NCBI GenBank assembly: GCA_964347045.1
Contig: CAYFXC010000001.1
Coordinates: 219,256 to 251,255 of the forward strand
Reading direction: 5' to 3'
DNA: 32,000 nt
Source of the DNA: an uncultured archaeon
GTDB lineage: Archaea > Asgardarchaeota > Hermodarchaeia > Hermodarchaeales > Hermodarchaeaceae
Every line of letters starts with the position of its first letter. Within the stretch, counting starts at the first letter, position 1. A program made the translations under genes and the position numbers. The notes below the pieces were generated by a model that had not been told where the DNA came from, did not search any database, and saw only the letters and a program-made list of their open reading frames with translations. Shown piece after piece: positions 22,059 to 32,000 of this stretch.

Positions 22059-25000
22059 ATGGCACTTACGTCTGAAGATCGTTGGGCAGTTATGAAATCC
22101 TTTTTTCTGTCGAAGGGGTTAGTCCGTCAGCATCTGGACTCGTACAATCATTTTGTTGAACGGCGTGTTCAACAGATTGTTAGTGATGTAGGAAAAATCG
22201 AGCCAGATATTCCGAATTATTATGTGCGCTTAGGACGTGTTGAAATTCAGAATCCCTCCGTTCGGGAAGCTGATGGGTCAGTTCGGAATATTGCTCCAGC
22301 AGAAGCACGGATTCGAAACCTAACCTATTCTTCTCCAATTTACTTAGAAATGACTCCTGTTTATCGAGATGAGAAAACAGGGATGGAATATGATGAGGAA
22401 ACTACAAGCGTTTATGTAGGTAGGCTTCCTATTATGCTCAAATCCGCCTTTTGCCGCCTTTCAGCCATGACACCTGAAGAACTCGTTGAAGCTGGTGAAG
22501 ACCCCAATGATCCCGGTGGGTATTTCATTATCAATGGATCTGAAAGAGTACTTGTGACTCAGGAGGATCTTGCACCTAATCGGATTCTCATTGAAGAAGC
22601 TACGAGCAGCAGTGCGTGTACGCACATGGCAAAGGTGTTCTCGACTGCAAGGGGATTTCGGGCACCTGTTACAATGGAGCGGCGAGCGGACCATACGTTC
22701 CGTGTATCATTTCCTTCTGTGCCTGGAAAGATTCCTTTAGTGGTGTTAATGCGGGCATTGGGCTTAGTGACAGATCGTGAAATTGTCGATGCTATTACTG
22801 ATGATTCTACTCTTGCTCAAGAATTAATTCCAAGCTTTCATACGGCTGAATCGTTAGTAGCTCCGAAGGATCCCAAAGCTACTCGTGAAAATGCGCTAGA
22901 CTATATCGGTAAGCGAGTTGCGGTGGGTCAAACTAAGGATTACCGTCTTCGCCGTGCGGAACAAGTACTGAATCGTTATCTTTTGCCGCATATTGGTACC
23001 GATTCAGGGGCAGCGGTCAATAAGGCTCATTATGTTGGTCAAATGACTCAACGGCTCTTAGAACTTAGCGTTGATCGACGTCATGAGGATGATAAGGACC
23101 ATTATGCTAACAAACGGTTGAAACTAGCCGGAGATCTACTTACAAGCCTTTTCCGTGTGGCTTTTCTCAACCTCTGTCGTGACATCAAGTATCAACTTGA
23201 AAGAACTGCCACACGAGGACGCAAACCAAATATCAAAACGGCTGTTCGTGCTGACGTTATCACTGAAAGGCTTCGTCACGCCCTGGCTACAGGTAATTGG
23301 GTTGGCGGTAAAGCAGGGGTCAGCCAGCTCCTTGATCGCGTTAACTATATGTCTTCTATTAGCCATCTTCGCCGCGTCGTGTCTCCTCTCAGCCGAAGTC
23401 AACCACACTTTGAAGCTCGAGACCTTCATCCCACCCATTGGGGCAAAATCTGTCCTAACGAGACTCCCGAAGGCCCCAACTGTGGTCTTGTGAAAAACCT
23501 TGCTTTGATGTCTTACATTTCAGTTGGTTCTGATGAAGCCGAGGTGGAAGAAGCGCTTTTATCACTAAAAGTTCAACCAATTGATGCTAAATCCAGTTCA
23601 ACAAAAAAGGGCACTTATGTCTATCTGAACGGCCGCTTTGTAGGTAACCATGTACAACCTGAATTGTTAGTCACCCGGCTTCGTGATCGACGCCAACGAA
23701 ATGAACTTAGCGATCAAGTAAATTTAGCCTTCTACCCTGATACAAATGAGGTCCAAATCAACTCTGATGCAGGTCGAGTTCGACGACCTCTAATCATTGT
23801 CAAGGATGGTGTTCCACTACTTGAGAAACAACATGTGGAGCGCGTCAGGAATCGAGAAATCTCTTGGGATGACCTCGTGAAAGCAGGAATCATGGAATAT
23901 CTTGATGCGGAAGAGGAAGAGAACACCCTTATTGGCATGGATCTTGCTGATATTACTCCAGAACATACTCATCTTGAAATTGTACCTGAAACAATTCTAG
24001 GAATTTGCGCTAGTCTTGTACCCTTTGCTGAACACAACCAGTCACCACGCAACACGTACGAAGCCGGAATGGCTAAGCAAGCCCTCGGACTTTACTCAGC
24101 CAACTTCAGTCTTCGCGTTGACACACGTAGCCATATTCTGCACTATGTTCAAAGCCCGATAGTTACAACTCGACCCATGGAAGTAATCGGTTATCTTCGG
24201 CGTCCAGCGGGACAAAACTTCATTGTCGCAATTCACTCATTCCAAGGATACAACATTGAAGACGCACTTGTTATTAACAAGGCATCCATTGAAAGAGGAA
24301 TTGCTCGGTCATCGTTTTTCCGAAGCTATGACGCCGAAGAAAGAAAGTACCCCGGTGGACAAGAAGATAAATTCGAAATTCCTAGTCGGGAAGTCCGAGG
24401 ATATCGTGCATCAGAAGCCTATCGGTTATTAAGCGAAGACGGCGTCATTGAACCTGAATTCCAAGTGGGTGGTGATGAAATTCTCATCGGACGCACCAGC
24501 CCCCCACGGTTCTTAGAAGAATATACTGAACTTGAAGTTCCAGGACCCAAACGACGCGAAACATCAGTTAGTCTTCGCCATGGAGAACAAGGAACAATCG
24601 ACAAGGTTCTCATTACAGAAACAATTGATGGCAACCGGCTCGTCAAAGTCAAAGTTCGAGATGAACGCATACCCGAGTTAGGAGATAAGTTTGCTAGTCG
24701 TCATGGCCAAAAAGGCGTCATTGGCCTCCTTGCACCACAAGAAGATATGCCTTTTACGGAAACCGGGATTGTTCCTGATCTTGTAGTTAATGCCCATGCC
24801 TTTCCCAGTCGAATGACTCTCGGTCAAATCCTTGAATCAATGGGCGGAAAAATTGGTTGTTTACAGGGACAATCGGTTGATGCCACACCATTCTCAGTTT
24901 TTTAATGATACGGCGACCACCGAGATCTACACGAACTTGGCTTCAAATATAGTGGACGAGAGACCATGTACAACGGCGTAACTGGTCACAAATATGATGT

Positions 25001-25421
25001 CGACCTCTTCGTAGGTGTCGTCTATTATCAGAAACTCCACCATCTTGTTGCAGATAAAATGCATGCTCGCGCACGCGGTCCAGTGCAAATATTGACCCGG
25101 CAACCAACAGAAGGACGTGCACGAGAAGGTGGGTTACGTTTCGGTGAGATGGAACGAGACTGTCTTATCGGTCATGGAGCTGCATTACTTCTTCGCGAAC
25201 GACTCTTGGAAGAATCTGATAAATACATAGCAATGGTTTGTGAAGAATGTGGCATGCTTGCTGAATACGATCGAAATCGCGATCGATACCGCTGCCGGGT
25301 TTGCGCACCCAAAACAACAACAATTAGCAAGGTTGAGATGTCATATGCCTTCAAACTCGTCTTGCAAGAACTCATTTCTCTTGGTATATGGCCTCGGCTG
25401 AAACTTACAGATCGAACATAA
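22059..25421 (+). CDS. rpoB: DNA-directed RNA polymerase subunit B (unsplit); apparent break at 24903-24965 is caused by adapter sequence
   Basis: ORFs 22059..24905 and 24966..25421 are in the same frame and together give about 1120 aa. Conserved blocks: [74 protein letters not shown], and the C-terminal Zn motif CEECG...CRVC. Confidence 0.9.
24904..24932 (+). other. Illumina P5 flow-cell adapter sequence (AATGATACGGCGACCACCGAGATCTACAC): non-biological contamination
   Basis: Exact 29/29 match to the P5 adapter as I know it. It creates in-frame TAA TGA stops inside rpoB. Confidence 0.9.
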
Positions 25422-28093
25422 TGATGGAAAAGGAGGAAGTAATAATTTCACACCCGCTCAAACAGGTTGGAAGTGTCTGGTTCGGACTACTATCTCCTGA
25501 GATAATTCGAAAAATGAGTGTAACGCAGGTAATTACTGCTGACACATATGACGAGGATGGACTCCCCATTTCATCTGGGCTAATGGATCCCAAACTAGGA
25601 ACCATCGAACCCGGTCAACGGTGTAAATCCTGCGGGAACCGCGTCGGTGAATGTCCAGGTCACTTTGGGCACATTGAGCTGGCTCGTCCAGTTGTGCATG
25701 TTAGCTTTGCCAAACAGATTAAAAAATTCCTCAAGGCACTCTGTCGACGCTGTGCTCGATTAAAATTAAAGGAGGATTCTTGGCAAAAATTCAAAGAAAA
25801 GATGGATGCTAACTTCGAAAAGTTTACCCATCTTAACCAAGAAATTGCTGACGAAGTCCTCAAAGAAGCTGGAAAAGCTACGACTTGTCCCCATTGTGAA
25901 GCTGAACAATATAAGATTAAGTTTGAAAAACCCACCACTTTCTACGAAGAGAAAATGGAAGGTAGCGTACGTTTAACACCTACCGATATACGTGATCGTC
26001 TGGAACGAATTTCGCCTGATGACAGCTTCCTTATGGGAATCGATACGCGGGTTTCTCGTTCTGAATGGATGATATTAACAGTTCAACCCGTACCTCCTGT
26101 AGCCGTGCGACCATCCATTACATTAGAGTCGGGAGTAAAGTCCGAAGACGACCTCACCCACAAACTTGTCGATGTAATCCGGATTAATCAACGACTCCGA
26201 GAAAACATCGAAGCGGGTGCACCCCAGTTGATTGTTGAAGACCTTTGGGAACTACTTCAGTATCACATCACCACCTATTTCAACAATGAAGTCTCCGGTA
26301 TTCCTCCTGCTCGTCATCGATCTGGACGCGCCTTACGCACCTTAGCCCAGCGATTAAAAGGCAAAGAAGGTCGATTCCGAAGTAATCTCTCTGGAAAACG
26401 AGTTGATTTCTCAGCCAGAACGGTAATTTCACCTGATCCCAATCTATCTATAAACGAAGTTGGGGTTCCCTCTGAAATTGCTAAAACCCTAACGGTTCCT
26501 GAACGCGTCACTGAATGGAACATTGAAGACATGCGCGAACTCGTCCTTGAAGGCCCTCAAGGCTATCCCGGATGTAACTATGTCGTTCGTCCTGATGGTA
26601 AACGAATTGACCTACGGTATGTAAAAGACCGTAAGACAAATGCGGATGGCTTAGCACCCGGTTATATTATCGAAAGACATCTCAGGTCAGGTGACATCGT
26701 CCTTTTCAACCGTCAACCATCACTTCATCGCATGTCGATTATGGCCCATGAAGTTAAGGTAATGAAATACCGCACATTCCGGCTTCACCTAGTAGTCTGC
26801 CCCCCCTATAATGCAGACTTTGATGGAGATGAAATGAACCTTCATGTACCTCAAAGTGAAGAAGCACGAGCTGAAGCCCGAATCCTTATGCTTGTCCAAG
26901 AACAAATTCTAAGCCCGCGTTATGGCGGCCCAATCATAGGCGGTATTCAAGATTACATCTCATCTGCGTTTCTTCTTACCCGAAAGAATTCTGTATTTAA
27001 CAAGCGTCAAACTTGTCAGCTGTTAGCTTCAGCTGGTTACAGGGAAGATCTCCCTCCACCAACTATTATCGATCCAGAGCCAATGTGGACCGGAAAACAA
27101 ATTTTCAGTATGACTCTACCAAAGGGATTAAACCTATCACTAAAAGCCCGGATCTGTCAAAAATGTGATACTTGTCAAAAAGAACAATGCCAACATGATG
27201 CCTATGTACTTATCCGCGATGGACAACTCCTCTCAGGAGTAATTGATAAGAAAGCAATTGGCGCAGCACAACCTGAAAGCGTTCTACACCGAATCGCCAA
27301 AGATTATGGAAACTCTGCTGCTCGTAGATTCTTGGACGCCATTTGTCCATTACTTGTTGTTCTCATAACTAATATGGGCTTCAGCATGGGCATCGATGAC
27401 GTCATTCTAACCCCAACGGCAATTCGACAGATTGAACAGATTCTCACCGACGCAGAAACTGAAGGTAGTCAACTAGTTCAAATCTATGAAGCGGATGAAC
27501 TTCAGCGACTCCCAGGACGGTCTATTGAGGAAACCTTCGAAATGAAAATGATCGAAATTCTTGCACGTGCTCGTGACGAAGCTGGAGAAGTAGCCGAGCA
27601 GCAATTAGGACTTGATAAACACGCGGTAATAATGACCGGTACAGGTGCGAAAGGCAATCCTCTCAATCTTGCCCAAATGGCTGCTAGCGTCGGACAGCAA
27701 GCCGTACGTGGTCAGAGGATTTCTCGGGGATATCGAAGGCGAACTCTACCCCACTTTATTCAAGGCGATTTATCTCCGCAAGCACGAGGATTTGTAGTTG
27801 CCAGCTATCGAAAGGGATTGAATCCAATAGAGTTTTTCTTCCATGCCATGGGTGGTCGAGAAGGCCTAGTGGATACAGCAGTCCGTACTAGCACCAGTGG
27901 ATACATGCAACGCCGACTCATCAACGCTCTTCAAGATATTAAAGTCGAATATGATGGAACTGTAAGAAATTCATCAGGTGAGATTATTCAATTCAAATAC
28001 GGTGAAGATGGCGTCGATCCAGCTCGAAGTGACCACGGCAAAGCGATAAACCTAGATGTCATTATCGAACGCGTCTTAAGTGAGGAGAAGTGA
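25421..28093 (+). CDS. rpoA1: DNA-directed RNA polymerase subunit A'
   Basis: Zn motif CKSCGNRVGECPGHFGHIELARPV, catalytic NADFDGDEMNLH, bridge-helix region. ORF opens at 25388, but ATG 25421 overlaps the rpoB stop (TAATG) and gives MMEKEE. Confidence 0.95.
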   Translation: MMEKEEVIISHPLKQVGSVWFGLLSPEIIRKMSVTQVITADTYDEDGLPISSGLMDPKLGTIEPGQRCKSCGNRVGECPGHFGHIELARPVVHVSFAKQIKKFLKALCRRCARLKLKEDSWQKFKEKMDANFEKFTHLNQEIADEVLKEAGKATTCPHCEAEQYKIKFEKPTTFYEEKMEGSVRLTPTDIRDRLERISPDDSFLMGIDTRVSRSEWMILTVQPVPPVAVRPSITLESGVKSEDDLTHKLVDVIRINQRLRENIEAGAPQLIVEDLWELLQYHITTYFNNEVSGIPPARHRSGRALRTLAQRLKGKEGRFRSNLSGKRVDFSARTVISPDPNLSINEVGVPSEIAKTLTVPERVTEWNIEDMRELVLEGPQGYPGCNYVVRPDGKRIDLRYVKDRKTNADGLAPGYIIERHLRSGDIVLFNRQPSLHRMSIMAHEVKVMKYRTFRLHLVVCPPYNADFDGDEMNLHVPQSEEARAEARILMLVQEQILSPRYGGPIIGGIQDYISSAFLLTRKNSVFNKRQTCQLLASAGYREDLPPPTIIDPEPMWTGKQIFSMTLPKGLNLSLKARICQKCDTCQKEQCQHDAYVLIRDGQLLSGVIDKKAIGAAQPESVLHRIAKDYGNSAARRFLDAICPLLVVLITNMGFSMGIDDVILTPTAIRQIEQILTDAETEGSQLVQIYEADELQRLPGRSIEETFEMKMIEILARARDEAGEVAEQQLGLDKHAVIMTGTGAKGNPLNLAQMAASVGQQAVRGQRISRGYRRRTLPHFIQGDLSPQARGFVVASYRKGLNPIEFFFHAMGGREGLVDTAVRTSTSGYMQRRLINALQDIKVEYDGTVRNSSGEIIQFKYGEDGVDPARSDHGKAINLDVIIERVLSEEK

Positions 28094-29308
<1,215 letters not shown>

Positions 29309-29512
29309 TCGAACGGCTTCAGGGGGATTTCCTTTAAATAAAATATATCATGCACATCACTAGAACTGCTACAGACTGTGCATAGAACTTAAAAGGGAGC
29401 GTTAAAATCTGCCAGCGATGCACCTCTATTCCGGAGCCCTTATATGTGACGATAGATAGCAACTTCGTTATAAGATGAATTGCGAATAAAAACATAAAAA
29501 AAGTGATACTTT

Positions 29513-29821
29513 ATGGATGCAGAAACTGCAATACGATTGGCTGTGAAATCCGGTAAAACGGTGTTCGGTGCTGACCGAACGCTACACTTACTTCGAACCG
29601 GATCTCCTCGTGTGGTTATTCTAGCGGCAAATGCGCCTACTAATGTGATTGATGAAATCGATTCGCTAGCAAAAACAAACCAAATACCGATTCACCAATT
29701 TCGAAGTAATAGTTGGGATTTGGGTCAAATATGTGGGCGTCCACATATGGTAGCAGCTATGGCTGTTTTAGAACCTGGTGACGCTGATATTACTGTTTTA
29801 ACTGGGGCTGGCAAGAAGTGA
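29513..29821 (+). CDS. rpl30e: 50S ribosomal protein L30e
   Basis: 102 aa. AIRLAVKSGKTVFG...VVILAANAP...IPIHQF matches the L30e/L7Ae-fold pattern and sits in the expected operon position. Confidence 0.85.
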   Translation: MDAETAIRLAVKSGKTVFGADRTLHLLRTGSPRVVILAANAPTNVIDEIDSLAKTNQIPIHQFRSNSWDLGQICGRPHMVAAMAVLEPGDADITVLTGAGKK

Positions 29822-30285
29822 CCACATCTGACATCAAACTAAACATCGAAGAAATCAAGCTGATGGCGCTATTTGGTGACATCACGGGTGCTGAAGTCAG
29901 AGACTGCATCGTTGATCAAGACGGAGAACGTATAATATTCGTGGTCAGTCCTGGGCATCTTGGGCTGGCCATTGGTCGGCGTGGTATGACAATCAAACGA
30001 GCCCGTACTATGCTCAAACGTGACATTGATGTTGTCGAAGACGCAGACACACCTGAAACATTTGTACGAAATGCATTAGCTCCAGCAAAGGTTACCACAG
30101 TCATTGTCCAAGAACAATCAAAGAGCCGCCGAGTTGCCGTTGTGACAGTGAACACCGAAAATCGTGGTCGAGTTATTGGAAGAAATGGTCGCAACATCGA
30201 ACGTGCACGGCTTCTCGCAAAACGCCATCACGGCATTGATGCTATTATCATCGCTGAACCTACACCAGAAACTCAGGGCGAATGA
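29818..30285 (+). CDS. nusA: archaeal NusA-like transcription termination/antitermination protein (two KH domains)
   Basis: GTG start overlaps the rpl30e stop (GTGA). ERIIFVVSPGHLGLAIGRRGMTIKR and NRGRVIGRNGRNIERARLLAKRH KH motifs. NALAPAKV block. Confidence 0.9.
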   Translation: MTTSDIKLNIEEIKLMALFGDITGAEVRDCIVDQDGERIIFVVSPGHLGLAIGRRGMTIKRARTMLKRDIDVVEDADTPETFVRNALAPAKVTTVIVQEQSKSRRVAVVTVNTENRGRVIGRNGRNIERARLLAKRHHGIDAIIIAEPTPETQGE

Positions 30286-30367
30286 TAACATCAACCGATA
30301 GATGGCAAAAGTTTTAAGCTTCTTCACGGAATCGCAGCACCCTGAATATTTACGAGGTAAAGTGAGA

Positions 30368-30811
30368 TTGCCCGGATCAAAATCGCCATCAGGAGAATTT
30401 GCTGGCCGAACGCTGAAGAAGAAACGGAAAAAGCTCCGATGGAAAGACCGATACTATAAGCGGCGAATGCTTCGCCTTGATGTGAAAGCAGATCCACTTG
30501 AAGGAAGTCCACAAGCACGTGCTATCGTTTTAGAAAAAGTGGGAATTGAATCAAAACAGCCCAATTCGGCAATTCGTAAATGTGTTCGAGTACAACTAAT
30601 TCGTAATGGTAGACAAATTACTGCCTTTCTTCCTGGTGATGGCGCGCTCACATATGTCGATGAACACGACGAAGTTATCGTTGAAGGAATTGGTGGCTCT
30701 CGAGGAAGAGCATTTGGCGACCTTCCGGGTGTTCGTTGGAAAGTCGTAAAATGCAATGGTGCTTCCTTGGAAGCGATGATAATTGGTAAAGTCGAAAAAC
30801 CGCAACGCTAA
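30368..30811 (+). CDS. rps12: 30S ribosomal protein S12 (uS12)
   Basis: [19 protein letters not shown] and VEGIGG motifs. ORF opens at ATG 30302, but the TTG at 30368 gives the canonical archaeal N-terminus [20 protein letters not shown] and has an AGGT Shine-Dalgarno-like element about 10 nt upstream. Confidence 0.85.
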   Translation: MPGSKSPSGEFAGRTLKKKRKKLRWKDRYYKRRMLRLDVKADPLEGSPQARAIVLEKVGIESKQPNSAIRKCVRVQLIRNGRQITAFLPGDGALTYVDEHDEVIVEGIGGSRGRAFGDLPGVRWKVVKCNGASLEAMIIGKVEKPQR

Positions 30812-30830
30812 CCAAAGGAGAAGATAAACT

Positions 30831-31469
30831 ATGTCTGCCGAATCACCCCCTGAGACAACAAAGCTCCCCGAAATCAAGATATTTGGCCGCTGGGAAACAA
30901 AGGATGTTGAAATAAACGACCAGGGCCTTGCTAAATACATTAGCCTTAAACCTGTTATCATTCCCCATACCTTCGGTCGTCATGAGCATCGTCGATTCGG
31001 TAAACGACAAGTTCCCATTGTGGAACGCTTTATCAACCGACTTATGACTCCTGGATGGGCTAGTCGACGTAGTCAAAGTGCCCGACAATCTGGACTCATT
31101 ACAGGCAAGAAATCAACTGCGATTCGAATTGTTAAATCTGCATTTGAAATCATACACTTACGCACGAATCAAAATCCTGTTCAAATTCTAATCCACGCAA
31201 TTGAAAATGCTGCACCTCGTGAAGAAACTACTCGAATATCATATGGGGGAATTAGCTACCACACTGCTTGTGATGTTGCACCTCTTCGACGCATCGATCT
31301 CGCGCTCCGCTTTATCTCAGAAAGCATCTGGCGTCGCAGCTTCAGTACTATCGAAGCAATTGAAGAGATTATTGCCGATGAGCTCATCGCCGCAGCTAAC
31401 CGCGATTCTCGTAGTAATGCTGTTCGGCGAAGAGAGGAAAAAGAACGGATGGCACTCTCAGCACGATAA
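30831..31469 (+). CDS. rps7: 30S ribosomal protein S7 (uS7)
   Basis: 212 aa. NPVQILIHAIENAAPREETTRISYGGISY and RRIDLALR blocks, C-terminal ERMALSAR. GGAG Shine-Dalgarno-like element upstream. Confidence 0.9.
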   Translation: MSAESPPETTKLPEIKIFGRWETKDVEINDQGLAKYISLKPVIIPHTFGRHEHRRFGKRQVPIVERFINRLMTPGWASRRSQSARQSGLITGKKSTAIRIVKSAFEIIHLRTNQNPVQILIHAIENAAPREETTRISYGGISYHTACDVAPLRRIDLALRFISESIWRRSFSTIEAIEEIIADELIAAANRDSRSNAVRRREEKERMALSAR

Positions 31470-31590
31470 ACTGTTTCTTGTCTTCTTCGGGGAACCCACA
31501 ACGCCAAAACAGTTTTATACGTCCCTCTTGAAGTGCCTTCACCTGCATATTTTATGCCAGCTTAAATTATTAAAAACGAGTTGAACAACA

Positions 31591-32000
31591 ATGTCCGAAA
31601 AGAAACCCCACATTAACCTCATCATCATTGGACATGTCGATCACGGCAAATCCACATTGATGGGGCACATGCTCTATAAAACTGGGGCTTTATCAAAACA
31701 AGAGATGGCAAAGCTCGAGAAGCTGGCCGAAGAGATGGATCGAGGATCCTTCAAGTTCGCTTACGTGATGGACCGTCTTAAAGAAGAACGGGAACGTGGT
31801 CTAACTATTGATCTTGCGTTCCGCCGATTTGAGACTCAGAAACACTACTTCACGATTATTGACGCTCCGGGTCACGCTGACTTCATTAAGAATATGATTA
31901 CCGGAGCCAGTCAAGCTGATGCTGCAATTCTAGTGGTTTCAGCGCGTAAGGGTGAGTTTGAAGCTGGCGTGGGTGCTGGTGGTCAGACGCGCGAGCACGC
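31591..32000 (+). CDS. tuf: translation elongation factor EF-1alpha (aEF1A), N-terminal part; continues beyond the window
   Basis: Hand translation [32 protein letters not shown]...[17 protein letters not shown]...[30 protein letters not shown] (G1-G3 GTPase motifs). Confidence 0.95.
   Translation, partial: MSEKKPHINLIIIGHVDHGKSTLMGHMLYKTGALSKQEMAKLEKLAEEMDRGSFKFAYVMDRLKEERERGLTIDLAFRRFETQKHYFTIIDAPGHADFIKNMITGASQADAAILVVSARKGEFEAGVGAGGQTREH

Noticed and set aside
22059-25421. rpoB naturally split into two genes (like the B''/B' split of methanogens and halophiles) or carrying a programmed stop.
   Set aside because: The break coincides exactly with a 29-nt Illumina P5 adapter string. Both parts are in the same frame with native-like spacing. 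The break point (after DATPF, about 150 aa from the C-terminus) is not where known B''/B' splits occur.
29440-29475. loxP-like string (AACTTCGTTATAAG) in the rpoA''-rpl30e spacer, checked after the adapter contamination was found.
   Set aside because: It is not an exact match to loxP (ATAACTTCGTATA), and there is no inverted partner or spacer. It is a coincidental AT-rich sequence.

Overview
Archaeal chromosomal core region, dense in information-processing genes. All calls come from reading the sequence and from motif recall; no searches were run. The right third is the classic archaeal RNA polymerase / ribosomal protein cluster: rpoB, rpoA', rpoA'', rpl30e, nusA, rps12, rps7 and EF-1alpha (truncated at the window end). 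The left and middle hold housekeeping genes: radical SAM, a nucleotidyltransferase, CutA, an S2P protease, a TtuA/Ncs6-type thiolase, TFE, aTrm56, MBF1, PAN, a PUA protein, NAC, A-ATPase subunit D, DnaG, a small Toprim protein, TyrRS, a Trm5/Taw2-type methylase, PPAT and RpiA. They also hold an EndA-like protein and a hydrogenase maturation protease. RNA genes are abundant: RNase P RNA, an unlinked 5S rRNA and 10 tRNA genes. All 10 tRNA genes encode a 3' CCA. Six of them carry 8 introns in total, mostly at non-canonical positions (D-loop, position 9/10, T-loop 59/60). An unsplit rpoB, a split rpoA, non-canonical tRNA introns and an EndA paralog lacking the catalytic His suggest a TACK-like (or related) archaeon, but lineage cannot be fixed from here. 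Items most worth a second look: (1) an exact 29-nt Illumina P5 adapter overwrites part of rpoB, which is an artifact and not biology; (2) a 28-nt TA-flanked palindromic insertion breaks dnaG inside a conserved motif; (3) a free-standing double-motif LAGLIDADG endonuclease gene sits inside a tRNA-Thr / tRNA-Pro / 5S cluster; (4) the intron-rich tRNA set includes a two-intron tRNA whose anticodon (UGC) and acceptor stem do not agree; (5) a GC-rich, highly self-complementary 380-nt spacer has no coding explanation; (6) a PUA-domain gene has a conserved N-terminal half that no canonical start codon can reach. No CRISPR array, defence island or IS element was seen.
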